Positions 1-7,924 are shown, numbered from the stretch's first letter. The stretch: DNA of 64,000 nucleotides from an uncultured Gammaproteobacteria bacterium (GCA_964452165.1 CAYVKP010000002.1:24074-88073), one strand, 5' to 3'. The notes: generated by a model not told the origin, from the letters alone. Numbers and translations are program-made.

Positions 1-385
1 CGATTATTGTTCTTTTTGTACTCCTTTCTTTCAAAAAAATGAAAGAGCCAAATATTATGAAAATAGGAGCAGCACAAGAAATTATTGAAGCATTAATGCT
101 TGGCGCGTTCTTAAGACCTACAAAATAGAAAGAAATATTGATGGTTACCGAGAGTAGTGACATTAAAATTAATTTTTGCCAGTCTTGTCGGTCGACCTTT
201 AACTTACTAGCGACAAAAGGAAATAGAATAAGCGCACCAAGGAAGAACCTAAAGAAAGCTAATGTGAAGGGACCAATATCTTCAAGCGCCCATTTGAAAA
301 TTGGAGGACCCGCACCCCAAATAGTATTGGCCAGGATTAAAGCAATAACTGCGGCTCTGAACTTATTAGAACTAAGAAATTGCAT
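1..385 (-). CDS. EamA/DMT-family transporter, N-terminal part (gene runs off the window start)
   Basis: Minus-strand translation from the ATG at 385 gives MQFLSSNKFRAAVIALILANTIWGAGPPIFKWALEDIGPFTLAFFRF..., a typical EamA-domain opening (TM helices plus a GxxP..K motif). It is absent from the ORF track because it is truncated by the window edge. Its start overlaps the hisS stop by 14 nt. Confidence 0.6.
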   Translation of the reverse strand, partial: MQFLSSNKFRAAVIALILANTIWGAGPPIFKWALEDIGPFTLAFFRFFLGALILFPFVASKLKVDRQDWQKLILMSLLSVTINISFYFVGLKNAPSINASIISCAAPIFIIFGSFIFLKERSTKRTII

Positions 386-1577
386 TGGGCAGATCTGAAA
401 GGCTAACTGTTTGTTGTTCGCCGGTTCCCATATTTTTGATTGTCGCGCTGTTGGTCTCAGCCTCTTTAGGACCGATTATTACAACGTAAGGAATGGATTT
501 GGTATTAGCGTATTTCAATTGCTTGTCCATTTTTGCGCCTGTCTCAAAATAGATTTCGGCGCCGACTCCGGCTTTTCTCAAAACCTCAACGGCTTCAAGA
601 GACTTCGTAACAACACTATCGGAAAAAACCGTAACCAAAGCCTTTGAGGTTGATGAGAAGTTTGGCAACAAGCCTTTTTGTTCGAGTACTTCCATGGTTC
701 TATCAAATCCAAGGCCAAACCCAACCGCGGGAAGGCTTTGGCCAGTAAAATTGCCGATTAAATTATCCCATCGGCCGCCACTACACATGGATCCAGTTGA
801 TTCCTGCGTAACCGTTTCAAAAATCATGCCGGTATAATAATCAAGTCCGCGGGCAAGAGTTGGAGTGTAGTTAACTTTTCCCAAAACGTCTTTACCCATT
901 GCCTTAAGCTTGTCGAGAATTTTTTGTAAGTCTTCAGTCAGGAATTTATTCTGGAGCGCAGCCAGTGCCTCCTTTGCGTCTTGGTCAGCCATTCCTTTTT
1001 CAATCATCTCAGCCAAAACCGCGCTTTCGCCAATTTTCTCAAGTTTATCTATTGCGGCAACATATTTTTTATCAAGATCGGCAAAATTTGCCCTGTCGTT
1101 AACTTTTATACTGACCTCAAGACCCAGAGCGTCGTAAATATCTAAAACTAGTGCCAAAATTTCAGCATCTGCTAGAGCAGAGGAGGAGCCGATAATATCC
1201 GCGTCGCATTGAATAAACTCCCTGTAGCGCCCCTTCTGCGTATTTTCACCCCGCCAGACGTTTTGTATTTGGTAGCGTTTAAACGGCTTTGGAAGCGTAG
1301 GGTATTGGGCCATAACGCGGGCCAAAGGGACAGTTTGATCATATCTTAGCGCAACATTGTCTCCGCCTTTTGTCTCAAATTCATAAATCAGTTTTTCCTC
1401 CTCGCCATATTTGCCTTTTAAAATATCAGCATATTCAAGAGTTGGAGTTTCAAGTGGCTCAAAACCATAGGACTCAAACACCTTTCGCAAAGTGTCAATT
1501 ACATACTGCCTTTTTCGCGCCTCCGCCGGCAGGAAGTCGCGAAAACCCTTTAGTGTTCTAGGTTCGATTTTACTCAT
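372..1577 (-). CDS. hisS: histidyl-tRNA synthetase
   Basis: 401-aa ORF. A class II aaRS core plus C-terminal anticodon-binding domain, with typical HisRS N-terminus (LKGFRDFLP) and the HisRS motifs including ...GGRYDNL... Confidence 0.93.
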   Translation of the reverse strand: MSKIEPRTLKGFRDFLPAEARKRQYVIDTLRKVFESYGFEPLETPTLEYADILKGKYGEEEKLIYEFETKGGDNVALRYDQTVPLARVMAQYPTLPKPFKRYQIQNVWRGENTQKGRYREFIQCDADIIGSSSALADAEILALVLDIYDALGLEVSIKVNDRANFADLDKKYVAAIDKLEKIGESAVLAEMIEKGMADQDAKEALAALQNKFLTEDLQKILDKLKAMGKDVLGKVNYTPTLARGLDYYTGMIFETVTQESTGSMCSGGRWDNLIGNFTGQSLPAVGFGLGFDRTMEVLEQKGLLPNFSSTSKALVTVFSDSVVTKSLEAVEVLRKAGVGAEIYFETGAKMDKQLKYANTKSIPYVVIIGPKEAETNSATIKNMGTGEQQTVSLSDLPNAIS

Positions 1578-1597
1578 AGTACTATGATAGCATAAGT

Positions 1598-1924
1598 TTA
1601 TTTATTTTCTGAACTTATGTGTCTGACGAACAACTGAGCTCCAGAACCAAGATGGACCCTAGCCCTTTGATCTTTATCCAAAACTGCTGTAGTATTTGGG
1701 CGGAGAAGTCTCTGGAAGCCGCCGGGAGTGAATTTTTCAATAAAGGGCATTTCCCCAGTTATTGTTATAACTCCACCCGAATCATCATCTTTGCAAAAAA
1801 CATCTACCGTCGTTGTTTGACGCGTAGGTGCGGAGAGAGTTTCTTTTTCTCCTGGTTTGACCGTGAATCTACGGTCCTTGGCAGGTTCATCTTCTGATCT
1901 GAACCCGCATTCTATTGGTGCCAT
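1598..1924 (-). CDS. hypothetical protein (108 aa)
   Basis: A perfect SD, GGAAGGAGGTGA, lies 7 nt upstream of the ATG and is embedded in the 3' end of the upstream racemase gene. No family recognised. Confidence 0.5.
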   Translation of the reverse strand: MAPIECGFRSEDEPAKDRRFTVKPGEKETLSAPTRQTTTVDVFCKDDDSGGVITITGEMPFIEKFTPGGFQRLLRPNTTAVLDKDQRARVHLGSGAQLFVRHISSENK

Positions 1925-1930
1925 ATTTTC

Positions 1931-2632
1931 TCACCTCCTTCCATAATGTTTTCTCAAAAGAGCTCTTGCGAGTATCTCTATTGAGTCAAAGACGGGTAGG
2001 GGAAAGTTTTTCGGAAAAATGAGGGGCAATTCTGTACAACCCAAGACGATTCCCTGAGCTCCTCTTATTTCCAAAGATTGGCTAATTTCTAGCAATCTTT
2101 CCTTATCTGTTTTATTGACTTTTCCGGCCAAAATATTTCTTATAATGCTTTCCAGAATTTCAATTTGTTTTTCGGAAGGAATAACTACTTCGATGCTTTG
2201 CTCGGCAAGAGCTTTTTGAAACAAACCAGAGTTAATTGCGATTGGGCTACCCATAAGTCCTATCCTCTTAAGCTTGGTATCAACGACGCGTTTGGTAACT
2301 TCCTCGATTATGGAGACGAAGGGAACTTCTGTTTGGTTTTGCAAATCCACCAGCATGACGTGAGCCGTATTGCAGGCGATCGCAAAGCAGGTTGGTCCAA
2401 AAGTCTCGAGTTTCTTAACTCGCTCGCTAAGAATTAACAGGGCCCTTTTTACATTCTCTTTGTCTGAAACAAAATTGGGTACAGGAACAGAATCCAGGAT
2501 AAATTCAGGAAAATCGGAATCAATTTTTGCCCCAAAATCACGCGAAGACAGGCTAATTAACACCTCGAGAAGCTTAGTTGAAGCCTGAGGTCCCATTCCG
2601 CCTAATATTGCAATAGTTTTATTGTTTTTCAT
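1931..2632 (-). CDS. aspartate/glutamate racemase family protein
   Basis: 233 aa. N-terminal TIAILGGMGPQAS and a conserved Cys/Thr-containing core, typical of the Asp/Glu/hydantoin racemase superfamily. Confidence 0.85.
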   Translation of the reverse strand: MKNNKTIAILGGMGPQASTKLLEVLISLSSRDFGAKIDSDFPEFILDSVPVPNFVSDKENVKRALLILSERVKKLETFGPTCFAIACNTAHVMLVDLQNQTEVPFVSIIEEVTKRVVDTKLKRIGLMGSPIAINSGLFQKALAEQSIEVVIPSEKQIEILESIIRNILAGKVNKTDKERLLEISQSLEIRGAQGIVLGCTELPLIFPKNFPLPVFDSIEILARALLRKHYGRR

Positions 2633-2644
2633 ATGTTTTTGCCA

Positions 2645-2670
2645 CTAAAAAACCGCCTTTCGGCGGTTGC
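2645..2670 (-). terminator. rho-independent terminator downstream of the DUF421 gene
   Basis: Read on the minus strand: AACCGCC-GAAA-GGCGGTT stem-loop followed by a TTTTTT run. Confidence 0.6.
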
Positions 2671-2803
2671 TATGTAAATTTCAGTTAAACCACGAAATTA
2701 CAACCGCCTAGAGCGAGCTGTAATAATGATAGTTTAGTGCTGAAATCGCTTTCATTAAAAATATTGTCTCATAGTTATATAATTTTGTCAAACTGAGGCT
2801 GAA

Positions 2804-3304
2804 TTATTCAGTTTTGGTGAGGACTTTGTGGGCGCGGCGGCGTTTTGTTCGCTTTCTAAAATTCTCTGACAAAACGCTGATGTTTCCGTCGAGCTCTAAA
2901 ATTGCCAGGTCTACGTCCGCAATATTCTTTACTCCATGCTCGCGAACAACGGCATCCAGCTCGTCGTGCGAGATTTTTGCCTTATTGAGGTTTGCCGTTA
3001 TCTCTTTTCCTTCATAAATTAACATTAAAGCGTGGCCCTGAAAAAAAGCGGAAAAGCGGGCAGATTTATAGAAGAGAGTACCAAAAATGAAGTTTATGAC
3101 AAAAAGAGAAGCTGCGGCAATAAGTCCGCCAAGAAGAGAAGTGTTGTCCCCAACCATTGCGTTTTGAACAGCGTTTGAGATTAAAAGGATAAAGACAAGA
3201 TCGGTAATTGAGAGTTGCGCTATCTCGCGCTTTCCAAAAAGCCGGATAGCAACAACTATAAATACGTAGACCGCAACGGTTCTGATTAAGATCGGCAACA
3301 TCAT
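2804..3304 (-). CDS. DUF421/YetF-like membrane protein
   Basis: 166 aa. N-terminal TM helices with the ...GKREIAQLSITDLVFILLISNAV... motif characteristic of the YetF/DUF421 family. Confidence 0.7.
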   Translation of the reverse strand: MMLPILIRTVAVYVFIVVAIRLFGKREIAQLSITDLVFILLISNAVQNAMVGDNTSLLGGLIAAASLFVINFIFGTLFYKSARFSAFFQGHALMLIYEGKEITANLNKAKISHDELDAVVREHGVKNIADVDLAILELDGNISVLSENFRKRTKRRRAHKVLTKTE

Positions 3305-3319
3305 ATTTTCATTATACTC

Positions 3320-4117
3320 TTATCCTATAGAGCTTTGTGAAGCGCCTGTTTCAGCTTTTGTTTCAGTGCGTTTTTTAATCTCTTTTTTCCTCATTTTAGT
3401 TTTTGGCTGCTTGGGTTGGCCGGTTTTTCTACCCACGGGCTGTTCAAAAGACTCGGCCATTTCTTGTTCTTTGTCTTGTTTTTTCCTTAGTTCTTCTTCT
3501 TCCACCTCTTGCCTCGATGTTTTTATATTCGGATTTTCTCTTTTGACTCCGTACTGATTGACCTCGGCACGTTGATCTTGAGCGGCCATTTGGATTTGTT
3601 CGGCAGAGACGTTAGTCGTAAGTTTTTTATTATTAAAAACATTTACAACCGGGGCTTTTTGTTTTTCGTGCGAACCGAAAATCTGTTCTCCAATCTCGCT
3701 TTTAGACTTGGGAGTAGAATCGGCAGGACGCGCAATATCCTCAATGTTTTTACCGCGAAGCAAATCAGCATTCAAGTTTTGCGCGTTATCTTCTCCCGCG
3801 CCGGCGGGCTTTTGCACGTCTTCGACGTTTGCTCCTGACAAAAGTTTTGAATTAAGGTCGTGCGCTTCGTGAGTTGACTGGTCGGCCTTGCCAAGCCCTG
3901 CAATTTGTCCGAGTTCACGGACAATATCGGACTCTTTTTGAGGGACTGACTTTTCTCCCTCCGCAGCTTTTTTTACGGCATCATCTGTTGGAATGTCTGC
4001 GCCAAAAGCTTGCCTCATAAAATCTTCACCGGTATCGTTGACGGTATCAACAACTGCTTTTTTTGTCTCTCTGAATGGCGCCTCCAGAACATTTATTAAG
4101 GTTTTTTTTACGGACAT
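3320..4117 (-). CDS. hypothetical low-complexity, highly charged protein
   Basis: 265-aa ORF rich in K, E, D and Q with no hydrophobic segments. Likely intrinsically disordered. No family recognised. Confidence 0.5.
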   Translation of the reverse strand: MSVKKTLINVLEAPFRETKKAVVDTVNDTGEDFMRQAFGADIPTDDAVKKAAEGEKSVPQKESDIVRELGQIAGLGKADQSTHEAHDLNSKLLSGANVEDVQKPAGAGEDNAQNLNADLLRGKNIEDIARPADSTPKSKSEIGEQIFGSHEKQKAPVVNVFNNKKLTTNVSAEQIQMAAQDQRAEVNQYGVKRENPNIKTSRQEVEEEELRKKQDKEQEMAESFEQPVGRKTGQPKQPKTKMRKKEIKKRTETKAETGASQSSIG

Positions 4118-4238
4118 AGGAAAAGTTTAGCTTAAATTTACTCATGTTTGCAACAAAAAAGCTCTCTTTAAGCTTCCTTTCAGTTTTCATGCTTATATTT
4201 GTTTGACAGATCAATTGTTAGTGAATAAAATATATCCC

Positions 4239-5381
4239 ATGAAGAGTAGGAATCTAATAATTCTCGTCTTGGTTTTAATCGCAGCCCTTTTGGTGCTTAA
4301 AGGAATAGGAAGATTTCTACCCACGGCAGTTGCTCCAAAAAATGTAGCACCCGTATTAAATAACTTTAAGATTTCAGGACAAGAGTCCGTAGTTGATGTT
4401 GTCAAGGCCGTCGGCCCCTCAGTCGTCACGGTAGGCGCACAAGCTCAACCACAAAGCAGAAATTCTCAAAATGATCCTTTCGGATTTTTCTTTGATACTC
4501 CCCAGGCCCCACCGCCTTCTGATAACAACCAGACGGAGGATTATATAGGTAGTGGATTTGTTGTAGATTCCGCCGGCACAATTGTCACAAACAAGCACGT
4601 CGTTTCAGATTCAAGTCTTAAATATATCATCGTCGATTCTAAGGGCAATAAATACACCGTCTCAAATATTTACCGAGATCCATTGAATGATATAGCAATT
4701 CTTAAGGTTTCAAATCCTCCAAGCGGAGGATTTACGCAAGTTTCTTTTGGAGACTCAGACAAACTTGAAGTAGGGCAGTTTGCAATTGCAATTGGTACGG
4801 CGCTTGGACAATTTCGCAATACTGTAACAACTGGCGTTATCTCGGGTCTGGGCCGCGGAATCTCTGCGGGTTCACCCTTTGAAGGTTTTGTAGAACAGCT
4901 TGACAATGTAATCCAGACTGATGCGGCAATCAATCCCGGAAACTCCGGCGGACCGCTTCTCAACGCCGCAGGACAAGTTATTGGGATAAATACCGCTGTT
5001 GCATCCCAGGGTCAAAATATTGGTTTCGCGATTCCAATAAAAATTGTTAAGCAGTCTTTGGATGAGTTCAACAAGACCGGTCAATTCAACCGGCCATTCC
5101 TTGGTGTTTCTTACGTACTAATCAGCAGAAACGCGGCAATTATGAATGATCTGCCGGAAGGAGCATTGGTTAGAGATATTGTAAGCGGGTCCGCAGCGGA
5201 TCGTGCGGGCGTTAAGATAGATGACATAATCACCAAAATTGATGGACAAAAATTGACAACTGAAAACACACTTGCCACAATTGTCGCGAAGAAAAAAGTA
5301 GGAGACAGTGTCTCTTTGACCGTTTGGCGGGATAGTAAAACTATAGATCTTAAGGCCTCTTTGGGACAAGTCACTCAATAG
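4239..5381 (+). CDS. htrA: HtrA/DegP-family serine protease with a PDZ domain
   Basis: N-terminal signal anchor, a trypsin-like catalytic domain (…GNSGGPL… with the His/Asp/Ser triad context) and a C-terminal PDZ domain. The ORF-track start at 4203 is a TTG; the first ATG (MKSRNLIIL...) is at 4239. Confidence 0.85.
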   Translation: MKSRNLIILVLVLIAALLVLKGIGRFLPTAVAPKNVAPVLNNFKISGQESVVDVVKAVGPSVVTVGAQAQPQSRNSQNDPFGFFFDTPQAPPPSDNNQTEDYIGSGFVVDSAGTIVTNKHVVSDSSLKYIIVDSKGNKYTVSNIYRDPLNDIAILKVSNPPSGGFTQVSFGDSDKLEVGQFAIAIGTALGQFRNTVTTGVISGLGRGISAGSPFEGFVEQLDNVIQTDAAINPGNSGGPLLNAAGQVIGINTAVASQGQNIGFAIPIKIVKQSLDEFNKTGQFNRPFLGVSYVLISRNAAIMNDLPEGALVRDIVSGSAADRAGVKIDDIITKIDGQKLTTENTLATIVAKKKVGDSVSLTVWRDSKTIDLKASLGQVTQ

Positions 5382-5423
5382 TCTGCAGCTCACCCTATAA
5401 TATAGTTGGTCAGCCTCCTGTTA

Positions 5424-5432
5424 TGCTATAAT
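5424..5432 (+). promoter_or_regulatory. putative extended -10 promoter element (TGCTATAAT) upstream of the GC-rich cassette
   Basis: Perfect TGnTATAAT in the 325-bp AT-rich spacer between htrA and the cassette. A second TATAAT lies at 5394-5399. The -35 match is weak. Confidence 0.3.
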
Positions 5433-5568
5433 CAGGCTACATTTGGAGCAATTTTCGGCGTTTGCATGCTGGATTTTTGTTCGAGGTGTTTCTTTAAACT
5501 TCTTTGCACATTAACAAGCTATTCAGTTTAAAAAATCTTCATCATAGGTGGAGCAGTGGACTTCAGTT

Positions 5569-5602
5569 AAATTCCAAAATCCAAATTCCAAATCTCAAAT
5601 TG
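5569..5602. repeat. short tandem repeat, 14-bp unit x ~2.4 (AAATTCCAAAATCC / AAATTCCAAATCTC / AAATTG)
   Basis: Direct tandem copies visible in the intergenic leader of the cassette. Confidence 0.4.
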
Positions 5603-5706
5603 TTCGAAAATTGGTGCTTGGCTATTGAAAATTACAAACTGAAGTTTGTTGTTCCATCTGTGATGGAAAATAAAAATTTGCTCAGTGCGAGCAGAAAGAA
5701 GGGTAC

Positions 5707-5916
5707 ATGAATATGGTTATTGGTTTAACCGCTGTGTTTGCCTTTGGGGTTCTGTTTCTGTGGTTTGGAACCACGGGCGGTGTGCTCAAGCAAACAGGCG
5801 ATGCATCAAGAGCCAAGATCTTTGGAGTCGCGTTTTGCGCGATCTCCCTAGCTCTGGGAGCTCTTAGCCTTATTGTCCCGCAACTCGGATGGTTATCCGA
5901 ACAAGTCTCATCCTGA
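5707..5916 (+). CDS. small membrane protein (69 aa, 2 TM), first gene of the GC-rich cassette
   Basis: Preceded by a short hairpin (TGCTC-AGTGC-GAGCA) and the SD AGAAAGAAGGG. Two hydrophobic helices. GC content well above the genome background. Confidence 0.55.
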   Translation: MNMVIGLTAVFAFGVLFLWFGTTGGVLKQTGDASRAKIFGVAFCAISLALGALSLIVPQLGWLSEQVSS

Positions 5917-5926
5917 GGAGGATGGA

Positions 5927-6211
5927 GTGAAAACATTCGCCAAGCTTGCCTCGGGGCTGCTGCTCATCGCGTATGCGATCAGAGTCGTGGTTCTCGCAGT
6001 AGGGGAGACTTTTCGTCAGGAAGACGAAGAGCCATGGATGCCCCACACAAAACTGCTCACGACATTTCCCGTGCGCATGGTAACGGCTGTGCTTTTGGAT
6101 ATAGTCCAGCTGCGCGACAAGATTCGTGAGCTCAAGAACTCGCCCCCAATGATGATTCTGCTCACCTACAACGACGCCGTAACTCGTGACATTCCCGAAC
6201 GTCGGGACTAG
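5927..6211 (+). CDS. small membrane-anchored protein (~94 aa), cassette gene 2
   Basis: A GTG start 5 nt after the SD GAGGAGG, which overlaps the stop of gene 1. The ORF-track version beginning at 5873 would overlap gene 1. One N-terminal TM helix. Confidence 0.5.
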   Translation: MKTFAKLASGLLLIAYAIRVVVLAVGETFRQEDEEPWMPHTKLLTTFPVRMVTAVLLDIVQLRDKIRELKNSPPMMILLTYNDAVTRDIPERRD

Positions 6212-6240
6212 CCCTCGTCAAAAAAACGAGGAGAGAAAGG
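6209..6240 (+). promoter_or_regulatory. conserved intergenic motif, copy 1: stop codon, hairpin and SD (TAGCCCTCGTCAAAAAAACGAGGAGAGAAAGG)
   Basis: The CCTCGT/ACGAGG stem, with a 7-nt A-rich loop, partly sequesters the AGGAG SD. The motif is near-identical to copy 2. Confidence 0.45.
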
Positions 6241-6249
6241 GAACGCGAA

Positions 6250-6543
6250 ATGAAGCTCATCAAGTTCGTCGTCGGGGCTCTATTGGGATCCTACATCGGT
6301 GCGTCGGCTGTTGAGGCCTATCGAGAAGCCGAAAAGGACAAGAAGGGAGCCCCTTGGGATGGTGACATCCAGAAGGTTCCAACGGCGGGTCTTGCTGTGA
6401 TCGTTCTCGTCTTTAATATTGTCGGCGATATCCTGGACTTCTCCGAAGAAGTGCTTGATACAATAGACAATATTGGTCACGTGGGATCTCGGCCACTCAG
6501 TCCGCCCAAATACCGTCGAACCAGACCGTACAGGGTCAGTTAG
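6250..6543 (+). CDS. small membrane protein (97 aa), cassette gene 3
   Basis: ATG preceded by a conserved stop-hairpin-SD motif. N-terminal and central hydrophobic helices. Confidence 0.55.
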   Translation: MKLIKFVVGALLGSYIGASAVEAYREAEKDKKGAPWDGDIQKVPTAGLAVIVLVFNIVGDILDFSEEVLDTIDNIGHVGSRPLSPPKYRRTRPYRVS

Positions 6544-6571
6544 CCCTCGCCTGAAAACGAGGAGAGAAAGG
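6541..6571 (+). promoter_or_regulatory. conserved intergenic motif, copy 2 (TAGCCCTCGCCTGAAAACGAGGAGAGAAAGG)
   Basis: Same architecture as copy 1 (CCTCG/CGAGG stem, with the SD in the 3' arm). 30 of 32 positions are conserved with copy 1. Confidence 0.45.
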
Positions 6572-6579
6572 TAAAGCTC

Positions 6580-7011
6580 ATGGTCCCCGCCAAGAAGCTA
6601 CTCGCGTTCATCGTTACCGCAGCGGCCTTTACGGTCGTCATGCTTGCGGTGCTTTTGGTGCCAGCAAGACTAGACAGCGCTGCGCCCTCACGGGTTGATA
6701 GCGCGGCTGCGCTCGAGCAAGGTCCGCCACCTACACCGATTCCCGCTCTAGCCAGCGTTGAAGAGGTAGTGAAGTACCTTGAAGAGTATCTGGGCCGTAG
6801 CGTTAAGGTTGAATGGAGTGGTCTTGACGAACGTAAGGACGGAGGAAAGCTAGGAGTTCAGTTCACGCTGGAACCGCGCGATCCCATGTTCTATGCAAGG
6901 TGTACGCACCCGGCTGCGGCTGTGTCAGAACTGCCGTGTAGCTTCGAGGGCCCGTACTATCCCACGCCAAGGTTTCGATTCGCTGACCCCGCACCCGTTG
7001 CAGACAGATAA
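6580..7011 (+). CDS. secreted or membrane-anchored Pro/Ala-rich protein (143 aa), cassette gene 4
   Basis: N-terminal signal peptide or TM segment (LLAFIVTAAAFTVVMLAVLLVPA), an internal repeat ARLDSAAPSRVDSAAAL, and a PPPTPIP linker. Composition resembles high-GC organisms. Confidence 0.55.
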   Translation: MVPAKKLLAFIVTAAAFTVVMLAVLLVPARLDSAAPSRVDSAAALEQGPPPTPIPALASVEEVVKYLEEYLGRSVKVEWSGLDERKDGGKLGVQFTLEPRDPMFYARCTHPAAAVSELPCSFEGPYYPTPRFRFADPAPVADR

Positions 7012-7031
7012 CCAGGAAGGAGAATAACGCT

Positions 7032-7295
7032 ATGTTTCCTCTGATCTTCGTGGTCTTGATAGCCGCCGGAGTGCTTCTTGCCGTTTTCGTGATGGCACGA
7101 CACGTTTACCGACGAAACAAGGCGGATAAAGCCCTCATCAGGTTTCGAGAGTGGAACTCGGGTAATGTACCCCTTCCTTCTCGCAGAACGGTCGATAACA
7201 GGTTCGAGGAGCTTCATCCGGGATACATCAGCGCGGAGCTGCATGATCTAAGGCATGAAATCCTGCATAAGATCAACGCACAGCGCCGTAGCTAG
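7032..7295 (+). CDS. small membrane protein (87 aa, one N-terminal TM), cassette gene 5
   Basis: SD AGGAAGGAG at 8 nt upstream. A hydrophobic N-terminus followed by a basic cytoplasmic tail. Confidence 0.5.
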   Translation: MFPLIFVVLIAAGVLLAVFVMARHVYRRNKADKALIRFREWNSGNVPLPSRRTVDNRFEELHPGYISAELHDLRHEILHKINAQRRS

Positions 7296-7323
7296 CCAGA
7301 TCTTCTGAGTAGAGAGGAGTACG

Positions 7324-7416
7324 ATGGAAAAAGCCATTATCATCGGGATTCTGTTTGTAGGATTCTGGACCGCGATCTCAATCGCCCAGCACTTCACGGA
7401 CAAGAAGCCCGCGTAG
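7324..7416 (+). CDS. micro-ORF, 30-aa single-TM peptide (MEKAIIIGILFVGFWTAISIAQHFTDKKPA), cassette gene 6
   Basis: SD AGAGGAG at 6 nt upstream. Below the ORF-track size cut-off. Fits the tight spacing of the cassette. Confidence 0.35.
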   Translation: MEKAIIIGILFVGFWTAISIAQHFTDKKPA

Positions 7417-7442
7417 TTCTGCCGCAGAGAGGAAGCAAGATC

Positions 7443-7721
7443 GTGCGCTTAGCTCTAGGGCTCATCCTCATCCTGGTCGGCATCGGAATTTTCTTACTCG
7501 GACCTGTTCTGTTTAGGGAGTGGTTCAAGAGAACACCTCAAAACGTCAAGTCAGGTCTGTTATGGTTGAATCCGATGCTAGTCTTGGTAGGTATCTGGGT
7601 GATTTTCGAACCTCCAGACGTTCTTGTGATAGTCGGGATGGTTTCGATGTGCATACTCGGAGTTCGGAACTTACTCAAGAGAGCTGTATTGCCTGAGTAC
7701 CACCAGGTTAAAACTGAATAG
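7443..7721 (+). CDS. small membrane protein (92 aa, ~3 TM), cassette gene 7
   Basis: GTG start with the SD AGAGGAAG. Strongly hydrophobic. The stop is embedded in the 12-bp palindrome TAGCGATCGCTA. Confidence 0.5.
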   Translation: MRLALGLILILVGIGIFLLGPVLFREWFKRTPQNVKSGLLWLNPMLVLVGIWVIFEPPDVLVIVGMVSMCILGVRNLLKRAVLPEYHQVKTE

Positions 7722-7774
7722 CGATCGCTAAATGCGGTGCAAAGAATTACGGGCTCGAGGAAGAGCAAGATCAG

Positions 7775-7909
7775 ATGAACTGTGGGGACATGCGTCTTCA
7801 CTTTACGCTTCATGCGTATTCATTTCTTCTTTCTTTTCTTCGGGCCCTTTTTCTTGACTATTGTTTTTTAGGCCTCAATTTTGTATCATTACGTTTGATC
7901 CTCGCATAA
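7775..7909 (+). CDS. possible micro-ORF (44 aa, hydrophobic) at the distal edge of the GC-rich island
   Basis: ATG preceded by GAGGAAG. Spans the GC to AT transition. Speculative. Confidence 0.2.
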   Translation: MNCGDMRLHFTLHAYSFLLSFLRALFLDYCFLGLNFVSLRLILA

Positions 7910-7924
7910 AGCGGGAAATTTTTT

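Noticed and set aside
138-398. 86-aa plus-strand ORF from the track
   Set aside because: It lies entirely antisense to the EamA transporter reading frame, which has clear family motifs. It has no start context or features of its own.
1578-1597. T-box or other leader upstream of the aaRS genes (hisS, cysS, tyrS)
   Set aside because: The upstream spacers are only 20-80 nt, far too short for T-box leaders, and no specifier or antiterminator structure is visible.
5873-5926. Longer version of cassette gene 2 starting at 5873
   Set aside because: It would overlap gene 1 by 44 nt and has no SD. A GTG at 5927 sits 5 nt after GAGGAGG and removes the overlap.
7719-7730. TAGCGATCGCTA palindrome (contains the HIP1-like GCGATCGC)
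   Set aside because: It is a single occurrence. It is probably a coincidence or a small terminator-less hairpin, not an iterated element.
7538-7813. 91-aa minus-strand ORF antisense to cassette gene 7
   Set aside because: It overlaps a plus-strand gene that has an SD and TM-helix structure. Antisense ORFs of this kind arise easily in GC-richer DNA.
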